From Gracilinanus agilis (lineage: Eukaryota): a DNA stretch of 64,000 bases. Where the stretch lies: assembly GCF_016433145.1 (NCBI RefSeq), contig NC_058132.1:681189786-681253785 (forward strand), read 5' to 3'. The translations under genes were made by a program, and so were the position numbers. The notes below the pieces were generated by a model that saw nothing but the letters and a program-made list of their open reading frames with translations, was not told the origin of the DNA and made no database searches. Shown piece after piece: positions 11,080 to 22,855 of the stretch; the first letter of the stretch is position 1, and each line of letters starts with the position of its first letter.

Positions 11080-12200
11080 CAATCATCCTAATTTATGCTC
11101 TTGGTGGTTTCCTTGACTGCTAGCTCTCCCTCATGCTACATATCCAGTCAGTTCTTAAATCTTATCTTTTCTGTCTCCTTTATCTTCTGTCTTTTCTCTT
11201 GCTTCTCTTCTCCCAATTCACCTAGTCATAACCTTTGTTCGGGCCCTCATGGCCTGAAATATTGCACCCAAATTATTAGAATAGCCCCTTAATTGGTATC
11301 AAATCTCATCCCACTTCAATCTGTTCTCCACAGCAGAGATGTCAAACATGGGAACAAGATTTTTAAATGTAATTGGGAATTGAAAAAAATCAAAATAGGT
11401 GACTCAGTGGATAGAAAGCCAAGGCTAGAGATGGGAAGTCCTGGGTTTAAATCTGACCTCAGACTTTTCTTAGCTGTCTGACCCTGGGCAAGTCACTTAA
11501 TCCTCATTGCCTAGCCCTTACCACTCTTCTGCCTTGGAACTGATGCTTACTATTGATTTTAAGACCAAAGGTGTGTTTTTAAAATTTAAATTTAAACACA
11601 ATAAAGTATAAATAATATTAATTTATTCTTTTCTAAATCCATTTTCTATTTTAGCTTGATATCATGGCTCTATAGAACTGCAAAAGTGATTTTCCTCAAG
11701 TGCGGAACTGATCAGTTACTCTCTTATTTAATAAAAACCAATGACTCCTTGTTACCCATCACAAGCTGGCCCCAAACTGTCCTTCTTTGCATCCTCATTA
11801 TATGGTTCTTCCCTTTATCTAGCCAAACTGACCTTTTTGCTATTCTTCACCACATAGAACACTACTTTCTGATTTCATTGGTTATTCCTCATGCCTGGAA
11901 AATGCACTTCTTACTTCTACCTTGAAAAATCCCTGTTTGAATGCAGCTCAAGCATCACCTGCTAGATAAAGCCTTTCTTGACCACACTAACTGCTAATGC
12001 CTTCTCTTCCAAACTACTTTGTATTTAACTGTCTCTTATTTATTTTGTATTTATTCTACATGTACTTCAAAATTTACAGCTTATGTCCCCTGATAGAATG
12101 TAGCTCTCTTGGGAGAAGGGATTGTTTCATTTTAGGTATTTGTATCCTAAACCTTTAGCATAATAATTGGCACTTGTGAGGTCCTTCCTGATTTATTTAT
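11080..12200 (+). mobile_element. L2 LINE 3' region, interrupted by SINE1
   Basis: Pyrimidine-rich L2 motifs and L2 tail (gatagaatgtagctc...gggattgtttcattt). Confidence 0.7.
11395..11585 (+). mobile_element. Opossum SINE1
   Basis: ggtgactcagtggatagaaagcc...cctagcccttaccactcttctgccttggaac. Confidence 0.85.
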
Positions 12201-13039
12201 TGACTAATTCTAATTTATATACCTTTTTTCTTCACGTTTGTCCATTTTAAATTCATGGATGAGATTTCTAAGAACAATAAAAAACAAGTGAATTGGCAAA
12301 TTCAGAGTGGGGATCCTTTAATATCATGTCAGACTTTTTGATAAATTGGCTGGCTTTGATAAAAGCTTTTTTAAAAAAATATTTTTAATCCTTTCTTGTA
12401 AAGGATGTCTTTTGGGGGAGCGGGATATGTTGGGGAAAGTAGATGATGCCCAAACTAAAACTATATTAATATAATTTTCTATTAAAATCATACATTTCAT
12501 TGTTAGATATATAAAAGAGGTATATCCCTGATTCTATTTGTTTTTGTTAAGATTTGTCAGATATTCTTATTTTAAATTATATTTGTTTATGAAAAATACT
12601 TGTTTGGTGCCTACTGTGCATCAAGTACATAATAGATATTTACTTATTTATTCCTTCAAATATTTCAGTACTTAGTGTATGTGGGTCCCTTTGCCAGGTG
12701 CTAGAGATTCAAGGACAAAATCAAAAATAGTTCTTGACTTCAAAGGGCTAATGTGCTAACATGTTTATTTGTCACTTATGACCTTAGTAAAAACAAATCA
12801 TCAAAAGTCTGTTAAGGACCTACTGTGTGCAGAGCACACTAATGGATAGGGGAGGTACAGGGATTAAATAAGACACTATATTCAAGTAGATACTGGTAGA
12901 AAACTTATTCTCAATGACCAAAGGAAGATATTTCTAGTGGGAACATTTTTTTGGAGTGAAAGTCATTAAGGATTAACAACAACACATATAAACAGATGAG
13001 GAAATTGTGTTGCTTTGGGAATAGGCTGACAGTCCTGTG

Positions 13040-14140
13040 GTTTTTTTTTAATTTTCCATTTTTTCCATTTTATTTCTTAATTATTTAAAATCCACATTAT
13101 CTCTCCTTCCCTCACTCCAATTGTAAATGAAAGGGGGCGGGGGAGGAAGTACAAGGTTAGCCAAGAAAATAGATTCCATATTGGCCATGTCCAAGAGAAA
13201 GAAAAAAAGAGTGTGTTTCTGTATATATGTTTCATTTTGCACATCAGGTCTTTCAACTCTCTATGAGGAATTGAGTAGTATGTTTCATCATTAGTTCTCT
13301 GGAATAGTGTTTAGTTATTATGCTGATCAGAGTTCCTAAGTCTTTCAAAGCTGTTTATTTTTACAATATTTTTTATCATTTTAGAAATTATTCAAGTTCT
13401 GCTCATTTCATTCTGAATTAAAGTTCATATGATGTTCCTCAAGTTTCTCTGAAACTATTTCCTTTATCCTTCCTTATATTGAATGTATTTTAGCACATTT
13501 ATATGCCCCAACTTGTTTTGTCTTTACACAGTTAATGAGTTACCCTCCTCAGTTTCAATTCTTTGCTATTTATTAAAAGAGCTGCTCTAAATATTTTTGT
13601 GCATCTCTTATAGTTCATTTTGCTTAGGCTTAATCCTTTACTTAATTAACTATCTTTCCCCTAATTCTTCCAATTTTCCTTTCCCTCCTATTTCCCAGTT
13701 AAGTGATGTATATTTCCATAGCCAATCAAGTGTGTCTATTTCCCCCCTCATTTGACCAGTTCATATTAGAGTAGGTTCTAGTATCAGCCATTCCTCTGAC
13801 CCCTTCCTCCCTTTTATGTTTAGACTTTTCATTTGCAAACCTTGATTATGTGAGAAAATTTCCCCTAATTTTCCTTTCCTTTCTTCCTCCCCAGTGCATG
13901 CCTCTTCTCTGTTTTCATTATTCTGTTAAGATTATCAAGTATAATATATTATATATTTAATACATAATTAATAATATGTTAATATGTAATAAAATGACTC
14001 ATATTTTCTGAAGGAACTTGTATCATTTTGCATATTAGAATGTAAGTTGTTTATACTTAGTTATTCCTTCACAATTGTTATTCATGCTTATCTTTTTATA
14101 TTTATTTTAACTTTCACTTGTACTTCAGTTTCTATGCAGC
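13040..14140 (-). mobile_element. Old L1 3' end fragments
   Basis: T-rich start and reverse L1 3'UTR/ORF2-end motifs. Confidence 0.6.
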
Positions 14141-14149
14141 TCTAAGATG

Positions 14150-14990
14150 TTATTGATTAGAGAAAAGCAAATTAAAACAATTTTGAGGTACCACTTCACA
14201 CTATTAGGTGAAAAATAAGATGATAAATGTTGGAAGGGATGTAGAAAAATGGGGATACTAATACAGCATGGGTGAACTTGTGAACCAATCCAACTATTCT
14301 AGAGAACAATTTGGAATTATGCCCCAAAGGCTATAAGACTATGAATATCCTTTGACCTAACAATTCCATCACTAGGACCATACCCCAAAGGGCTCAAATG
14401 AAAAATAAAAGGACCTATATGTACAGAAATATTGATAGTTCTTTGTGTGGTGGCAAAGAAATAGAAAAAGAAGGAATGCCTATCAATTGGGAATGGCTGA
14501 ACAAGTTATGGTATATAATTGATAGAATACTTAAGTGCTCTAAGAAATGATGTAAGAAGGATGCTTTTAGAAAAACCTGGAAAAACATGTATGGAATGAT
14601 ACAAAGTGAAGTGAGCAGGACCAGGAGAACACTGTACACAGTAACACCAATATTGTATGATAATTGGCCTGAAATTAGGAAGACTTGGACAATGTAGGAG
14701 TAAGTGGTGAGCAAGAATAGGATACCACCTATTATCAACCAAGAATTACATATATCGATATGTTTTGTTTGACTCCATTTATTTCTTACAAAGGAGGGCT
14801 TCTATTGGACAAGAGGTGGGGGTGGAGGTAAATTAGTGGGTAGTAGTGATATAGATGCAGAATTTTAAAAAAAGAAAGAAAAGAAACCATTAAAATACAT
14901 AAGAAAAATTATGAAAAGGACACAAATTCTATTATCATATTGTTAAATTTAACATGATCTTTTAAAAAAGCAAATTGTGAACATCAAATT
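14150..14990 (+). mobile_element. L1 ORF2 C-terminus and 3'UTR (decayed)
   Basis: gcaaattaaaacaattttgaggtaccac; tcaattgggaatggctgaacaag (SIGEWLNKLW region). Confidence 0.85.
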
Positions 14991-15029
14991 TACAACTACA
15001 TGTATAATCTTTATAGAGATTTATTTTAA

Positions 15030-17800
15030 TTAATTTATATTTTTAGTTATGAATTTTCTTCCTCCCCCTCCTCCACTCACTGAGAAAGCAAGAAAAAGAA
15101 AATATTACAAATATGTATAGTCAAACAAATCCAATTCCTAGATCAGTCAGATGGCAAAATATATCTTTTAATCTGCACTTTGAGTCCATCATCTCTCTGT
15201 ATGAAAAAAGACAATGTGTTTTATTATTAATTCTTGGGAATTGTGATTGAACATTATATTGATCAGGATTCCTACATTTTTCAAAGTTGTCTTTAGAATA
15301 TTATTGTTTTACAAATCATTCTGGTTTTGCTCATTTCATCTTACATCAGTTCATACAAGTCTTCCTAGGTGTCTCTGAAAATATACACTTCTTTATTTCT
15401 TATAGCATCCTCCATATACTATCACTTGATCAGCCATTTCCCCAAAGGACTGGCACTCCTTCAGTTTCCAATTTTTTTGTCACCACAAAAAGAACTGCTA
15501 GAAATATTTTTGCACATACAGGTCCTTTTCCTCTTTCTTTGATATTTTTGGGGTATAGGGCTGATAGTGTAATTCTGGGTAAAAGAATATATACATTTTC
15601 ATAGTTTGGGGAGCATAGCTCCAAACTGCTTTTGCCCCAGTTTCATACTTTTCTCATAATTTTAGTTGCATTGGCTTTGCTTGTGCAAAACTTTTAAAAC
15701 TTTTGTGTAATCAAAATTATCCATTTTACCTCCTTTATCTCTTAACTGGTCATGAACTCTTCCTCTAACCATACAACTCAGTTATTTTTTATTGTTTTTG
15801 TAATTTATTTAGAGTGTCAATATCTATGTCTAAATTATGTACCTATTTGGAGCTTGTCTTGAAATGCTGGTCTATACATTTCTGTCAGATGACTTTCCAG
15901 TTTTTCTAATAATTTATTTTTCAAATAGTGAGTTCTTGCCACGATATATGAGCTTTTTCAGTTCATCAACACTAGGCGACTGTGCTCATTTGCTTTTACA
16001 TAGTACATATCTAATCTTTTCCACTGATCAATCTCTTTACTTCTTACCTAATGCTAAAGTGCTTTTTAAAAAAATATGGCTTTGCAGTATAATCTGGAAT
16101 CTGGAAAGTCCTTTTCCTTTCCATTTATTTTCATTAATTCTTTTGATATTCTGGACCTTTTGTTGCTCTAGATAAATTTTGCTATTATTTTTTCAAGATC
16201 TATAAAGTAATTCTTTGATAGTTTGATTGGCATGGAATTTAACAAGTAAATTAATTTAAAGAATATTGTCATTTTTATTACATTGGCTCAACCTATCTAT
16301 TAGCAATTAATATTTCTCCAATTTTTTCAGATCTTTATTTGTGTAAAGAGTGTTTTGTTAATTGCTTTCATAAATCTCCTTCATATATCTTGGCAGGGAA
16401 ACTCCCAAATATTTTATACTATATGCAGTTATTTTAAATATAATTTCTCTTTTAATCACATATTGGTAAGATAGGTAAATGTTGAGGATATGCATAGATT
16501 TTTTTAATATCCTGAAACTTAGCTGAAATTGTTAGTTTTGCCAACTAGCCTTTTAGTTGACTCTCTAAGGTTCCTTTAGAAAACCATCATGTCATCTGCA
16601 AAAAAGTGATAATAGTATTTCCTTTTTGGCTATACTTATTCTTTTTTTGCCTTATTGATAGAGCTAGACTTTCTAGCACAATAATGAATAGTAATGATGA
16701 TAAAGGACATCTTTATTTTATCCTTGATCTTGTTGGAAAGACATCTAACTTAACCCCACTATATAATGTTGGCTTGTGGCACTTATTTAAAGGGAAGTCC
16801 CATTTATTCCTATACTTTATTTTTTAGTATACCAGAAATGGCTATTGTATTTTGTCATAATTTTTCTATATCTTAAAATAATTCTATTATTTTTATGATC
16901 AGTGTGTATAATAGCCAGTTATAATTTATAGTTTCTCTAATATTGAATGAGCCCTGCTTTCCTGGTATAAACCCAGCCAGATAACAGTATATAATCTCTG
17001 TAATACATTGCTATAGCCTCATTTCCAATATTTTATTTAAAGTTTTTTGCATCAGTATTCATTAAGAAGAAAAATAATAGAAAATATATTCATTAAGGGC
17101 AGTGGTCTATGGTTTTCTTTCTCTGTTTTAATTTTTCCCAAGTTAGGCATCAAGACGGTATTTGTGTCATAGAAAAAATTTGGTTGGGACTCTTTTTTAC
17201 TCTTTTTCAAATGATTTATGTAGTATGAGAATAAATTGTTCTTTAAATATTTGTTAGAATTCATTGTAAATCCATCTGACCCTGGAATTATTATTTTCCT
17301 TTGGGAATTCCATTATGACTTGTTATGTTTCTTTTTCTCAGCTAAATATTATTTAAGCACTCTGTTTCCTGCTTTATCTAGGCAATTTATATTTCTTAAA
17401 CATTTATCTATTTCATTTATTGGCATATAGTTGGTTATGATAGTTCCTAATAATTTTTCTAAATTTTCTTCTTCATTAGTTTGAGTTCACCTTTTCTCCT
17501 TTTTGATACTAATAATTTGTTTTTCTTCTTTAAAAAAAATCAATTAGATAAAGGCATATCTATTTTATTGTCCCTCCCATCCCAGACTGAGCAACCAGCT
17601 CCTAAGTTTATTTGTTAATTCAAGGTTGTTTTTCTTTCAATTTGTTCATTTTTCTTTTGATTGGTGTTGAATTTTGGGAATTTTAACTTGTCAGTTTTCT
17701 AGGTTTTTAAAAAATATGCATGCTGAATTTGTGTTTATTCTTTCCTTTATTGATAAAAGTATTTGGAGATATAATTTTTTTTCTTAAGTGCTGCTTTGGT
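15030..17800 (-). mobile_element. Old L1 (3'UTR through ORF2 RT region, with deletions)
   Basis: Continuous reverse L1 ORF2 motifs, multiply frameshifted. Confidence 0.8.
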
Positions 17801-18107
17801 TGTAGCCCCAAATCCTTCTGTAAAGTGAATAATCACTTGATAACTTACTTATTTGGGAAACTCAAATTTCCATTAAATCAAGCTCCCTTCAGATGAGGTA
17901 CAATCTCGGCCCTGAAGGGAAATAAAAGTTCTCTTAATGAACTTATTACGAATGAATCCAATAAAATTAAATAATTTAATTAAAGCATTCAATGTACTCA
18001 TCACTGTTATCCTTATAGCACCACTATGTACTATAGCTTCATAGAACTATAGACTATTAAAAAAGGAAAAGACCCTACAGAACATCTATTCCAATTCCCT
18101 TATTCTT

Positions 18108-18311
18108 TTTTTTTTTTCAAACCCTTACCTTCCATCTTAGAATCAATACTATGTATTGGTTCTGAGGCAAAAGAGTGGTAAGGGCTAGACAATGGGGATT
18201 AAATGACTAGCCCAGGGTCACATAGCTAGGAAGTGATTGAGGCCAGATTTGAACCTAGGACCTCCCATCTCTAGCCCTGGCTCTCAGTCCACTGAGCCAC
18301 TCAGCTGCCCC
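18108..18311 (-). mobile_element. Full-length opossum SINE1 with 17-bp TSD
   Basis: TSD ccaattcccttattctt at 18091-18107 and 18312-18328. Confidence 0.95.
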
Positions 18312-18559
18312 CCAATTCCCTTATTCTTAAAAGAAGGAAGAAGCCAAGATCCCGAGAAAGCATAAGGCCAACCCATTTTCACATGGCTTGTTAGTGGCAG
18401 CCTGTTACTTCTTCTAATTGAACATAATGCTTCTAAGAACTAAGACCACCAGGCCTCAACTAGCAGGCTTATTTACAATTCTGACATAGAATGGTTTGTG
18501 TTCAACCATTTTATGTCATCTTCATTCTAGAAAGTATCTGTGTCTGTAAATAAGTTTTT

Positions 18560-18758
18560 TTTAATTTAATTTTTTTTTATTTTAAACCCTTAACTTATGT
18601 GTATTGACTTATAGGTGGAAGAGTGGTAAGGGTAGGCAATGGGGGTCAAGTGACTTGCCCAGGGTCACACAGCTGGGAAGTGTCTGAGGCCGGATTTGAA
18701 CCTAGGACCTCCTGTCTCTAGTCCTGGCTCTCAATCCACTGAGCTACCCAGCTGCCCC
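18560..18758 (-). mobile_element. Young short-tail SINE1 variant with 16-bp TSD
   Basis: TSD ctgtaaataagttttt at 18544-18559 and 18759-18774. Confidence 0.95.
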
Positions 18759-19559
18759 CTGTAAATAAGTTTTTGAATAATTAAACTGTCTAAATTTCTA
18801 TGGGTGAAGCATTTTGTCTATTTCATTTCTGTGACAGTAAGAAAAAAATTTGTTTTTCAGAATGGGTTTGGAAGCGGATTTTTAAAAAATCTATTCTGTG
18901 CAAGTATAATTTCAAAAGTGGAATATATGTGTTTATTGAATTTCTTTCAACTATTGAGTTATTTCGACAGAAATATTTGAATGCTTGACTCAAAATAACT
19001 CCAGAAATAAACTCCTCTGAAATCACACTTAAGTTGGTCTGGTCAGAGACTATGACAGCTGGGAAAAGGAGTGGAAGAGGGAAAAGAAGTACATTAACTA
19101 CTTCTATTGCGTGGAAGAGACAGTGGGTGGAGAGAGGAAGATCAGTCACAATCCTGGGACCTTGAGAAGAAAGCCCATCTGGAATGGGATAAGAATCCCT
19201 GATATCCTTTCAAATCTCTCTCCCCCTGCTTTAGCTTTGCAAAATCTTGACCTTTATCAATCCATCCATCCCATTCTTCCAACAGTAGTTTACTATTTTG
19301 AAGCTAGGCACTGGAGGGAATATAAAGACAAGCAAATAACAGTCCCCTTCCTAGAGAAGCTTACAATAAAATTAGGAAAAGAAGTCATGTACATGAATAT
19401 CTGTGCTACAGGAAAAATGTGCGTGTTGTGTGAGAAATGTACAAACTGTGATCACCATTATAAGGATAAAAGAAATTCTAGAAAAAGCAAGGAAAACTTT
19501 TAAGGACTATGGATGGTGTCCATCTGACTTACAGCTCAAGTGTCTTAGGTGTGTTGTTT

Positions 19560-19845
19560 GCCACCTTTAAAATGTGGGGGAGTAGAAACACAGAAGAAAA
19601 ACAACTGCTTGAATACGTGGGTTGATGCAGACATGATTGGGGATGTAGACTCTAAACGATCGCTCTTGAGCAAATAATAATAATATGGAAATAGCTCTTG
19701 ATCAATGACACATGTAAAACCCAGTGGAATTGTATGTTGGCTATTGGAGGGGGTGGAAGGAGGGGAAGGAAAGAGCATGAATCATGTAACCATAGAAAAA
19801 TATTCTAAATTGATTAATTAAATAAAAATTTTCAAATAGAAAAAT
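19560..19845 (+). mobile_element. L1 3'UTR (opossum type)
   Basis: gaaacacagaagaaaaacaactgcttgaatac...atgtaaaacccagtggaattg...catgtaaccatagaaaaa. Confidence 0.85.
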
Positions 19846-19974
19846 GTGATCTCTTTGAAAGCAAGGGCTTTCTTACTTTTCTATTTGTGTTTCTAGCACC
19901 AAGCTTATTGCTTCACACAAAGTACAGTGACTTTTGAGCTGAGCCTTGAAAGATGCATCAGATGTCTTAGATGG

Positions 19975-20190
19975 AATAGTAATAATAATGACCATAATAA
20001 ATTATATTTATATAGGATTTTAAGATTTAGAGCACTTGAAAGATGTAATCTCATTTGGTCCTCACAGAATCCCTTCGAAGTAGACAATATAAATATTATG
20101 ATGACTATTTTTTAGATGAAGAAACTGAGGCTCTGAGGCTTAGTGATTCACCCATAGTCACACAAAGAGAAGCAGTAATCAAATCCAAAT
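19975..20190 (-). mobile_element. MIR-type SINE
   Basis: tctcatttggtcctcacag...tagatgaagaaactgaggct. Confidence 0.75.
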
Positions 20191-20269
20191 CTCTTTTGAC
20201 TCTTGTACCCCCTTTACCTTAACTACTCAAAAGCAACAGCCTCTAAAGCTCCTTTCCTCTCTCTCTCAC

Positions 20270-20640
20270 TTCAAGAGGAGGGAATAGCTTAAGCACATTC
20301 AAAGAGACAGGAACATGAAGGGCATGATCTAAGAACATTCAAGCAGTTCAATCTGATGGTAGCATAGGGTATTTAAAGGACAGTACAAAGGACATAAGAT
20401 TGGAAGGTAGGTTGGGGTCAAGTAATAGAGGTTCTCAAGTGACAGACTAAGGAGTTTGGACTTACTAGTCAATAGGGATCTACTGAATGATCTTGAGCAG
20501 GAAGATTATTCCAGCAGTGATAGGTCATAGTTTGGAGAAAGGATAGAAAGGATTCAGAAAAATCAGTTAAAAGGTCAATCATAGAGTTCATATGTGGGAT
20601 GCTGAGGTTGTTGGCTAAGGTTATGGTGGTTGGAAGGATG
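20270..20640 (-). mobile_element. L2 fragment
   Basis: gtgacagactaaggagtttggactt and neighbouring reverse L2 motifs. Confidence 0.6.
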
Positions 20641-21654
20641 GATTTCAGACATAGTGCTTCTTAGTTGGTAGAAAAATAGACGTGAAGTCAGGAGGCTCGA
20701 GTTCAAATCCTACCTTTGACATTTAATCAATTTATGACTCTAGACAAGTTATTAAGTCTCTTGGAATCTTGATTTTATTTTAATTTTCTTCATCTATGGC
20801 AGAGGACAGCCATGAGGACCATATAAGAATGTACAAAAAGTATAAATGTACTCTACTACTGTTACTGCTGCTACTTTCACTTTGGGAAATGTAGAGAGAA
20901 AAACCTTTTGAGGCTTTGATGAATTGACCAGTAAGAAACATGGTGAATGCCTAGAATTGTAAGTGCCCATCTGAAGTTGGGCTGTGTGCAGTAGGGGACA
21001 CCCTCAGTTTCTGAGGCTGCATCAATGGACAATGGACATCAGTTACAATGTTATGGTGAAGCCATAGAATCACAAATAATCACCCAGCCCCTTCTTGAAG
21101 ATCTTCAGTGAGGGCAAATCCTTTCTGTAACAGCGTGTTCTATTTTGGGGTGAATCTCGTCATCAGGCTTTTCCTTTTACGTTAAGCTCAAATCTGTGCC
21201 CTTGTGTCTTCCCCCATTCACCACCCACTGCATAAATATTTTGCCCCTCTCTCGGGCCAAACAGAACAAATACGTTCCCTCTTTCATGGGGCAGCTCATC
21301 AAACAAAATAAGATGATCACAGACTGGGAGCAGGAAATGTCTTTACAGTTCATGTTCTCCAACCTTCTCATTCGACAGATTATGAATTCGAAGCTCCAAA
21401 AGGGGAGGCGATTTGCCCAAGGTTAGAAGGCAATGAGTTGATTGAAAACGAATTTGAATGGAGGTCCTCTGACTTTGAAGTCCAATGTTCTTTCCACTGA
21501 GGCAGAATATTGAAGAGAGCTAAGACTTTGCTTCTTTAGGCTGAATACTGCTAATTTCCTTAAATGATGCTCATGGGGCATAATCTTCAGGCCCTATACC
21601 ATCCTTGTTGTTATTTCCTACAAGTCTTCCATTGTGCTTTCAAAAGTAAGGTAC

Positions 21655-21855
21655 CAAAGGCAAATAGGTGGCTCAATGGTTAGAGAACCAGATCTGGAAA
21701 TGAGAGGTATTGGGCTCAAATTTGGCTTCAGACACTTTCTAGTTTTGTAACCATAGGCAAGTCATTTAACCTCCATTGCTCAGCCCTTAGTGCTCCTCTG
21801 CCTTGAAACAAATATTTAGCATTGATTCTAAGACAAAAAAGTAAGGGTTTTTAAA
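21655..21855 (+). mobile_element. Opossum SINE1 (older copy)
   Basis: aggtggctcaatggttagagaacc...cccttagtgctcctctgccttg. Confidence 0.8.
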
Positions 21856-22149
21856 AATTGTGGTACCCTAACTGAAGATGGTATCTCAACTGTAGACTGA
21901 TTAAACCAGCGTATAGCAAGATAGCTCTGAATACTCTGCCACTTTTAATGTAGCCTAAAATCATATAATCTATCCATTTGTGGGTTTTTTGGTAGAAACA
22001 AGAAAAGTAGGACAATTAATTCAAAAGTTCATTTTTGTGTTAGATAGAACACTCTTTATTCTCAACCAAAAGTATTGCTCAGATCACTGTCTTCTGTTGC
22101 TCTTGCCATTTTATTTGTGCTATTATTTGACTCCATTTTGCCTCAAGCA

Positions 22150-22325
22150 GATAACTTCCTAGTTATTTAAGCCTGGGTAAGTTTTAACTCTTCTTGCCTC
22201 AGTTTCCTCATCTGCAAATTGAGCTGGAGAAGGAAATGGCAAGCCATCCCAGTGCCTTTGCCAACAAAACCCCAAAAGAGGTCATGAAGAGTTGGACATG
22301 ACTGAAAAATGACTGAACAACAAAA
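22150..22325 (+). mobile_element. MAR1-type SINE (5'-truncated)
   Basis: ctggagaaggaaatggcaagcc...gactgaaaaatgactgaacaac. Confidence 0.85.
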
Positions 22326-22589
22326 GTTATATCTTAATTAAGCTGTATGATTTATCAAGAAGTGCCTTTGAGGCATAAACTTGGAAAATGAGGTCAAACT
22401 AAGTAAATGTTATTCAGAAGCTTCTCGTTATGGTGAATTGCCTGTGACTGAACCCCAACATTAAAGGGAAGCTGTCTTGTTCTCTAGCTTTTGCTTCTGT
22501 ATCTTATCTCCTCTACTAGAATGTAGGCTTTTGGATTGAAGCAACCAAATTTTGCTTATCTATTATCAGTGCTGAATGTATTTTTGTGT

Positions 22590-22855
22590 GTGTGGTTGTT
22601 GTTTAGTTATTTTTTAGTCATGCCTGATAATATTATCAGTCATGCCTGACCCCATTTGGGGTTTTCTTGGCAAAGATACTGAAGTGGTTTGCCATTTCCT
22701 TCTCTAGCTCAATTTATAGATGAAGAAACTGAGGTAAACAGAGCTAAGGAACTTGCCCAGGATCACACAGCTAGGGAGTAACTGAGGCCTGATTTGAACT
22801 CATCTTCCTGACTCTAGGACTATCTTGACTTTATCTATTTATCACCTAGCTGCCC
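22590..22855 (-). mobile_element. MAR1-type SINE
   Basis: ccccatttggggttttcttggcaaagatact...acctagctgcccc. Confidence 0.85.

Noticed and set aside
18240-18311. tRNA-like A/B-box heads (many copies)
   Set aside because: They belong to tRNA-derived SINEs; no cloverleaf or independent tRNA gene.
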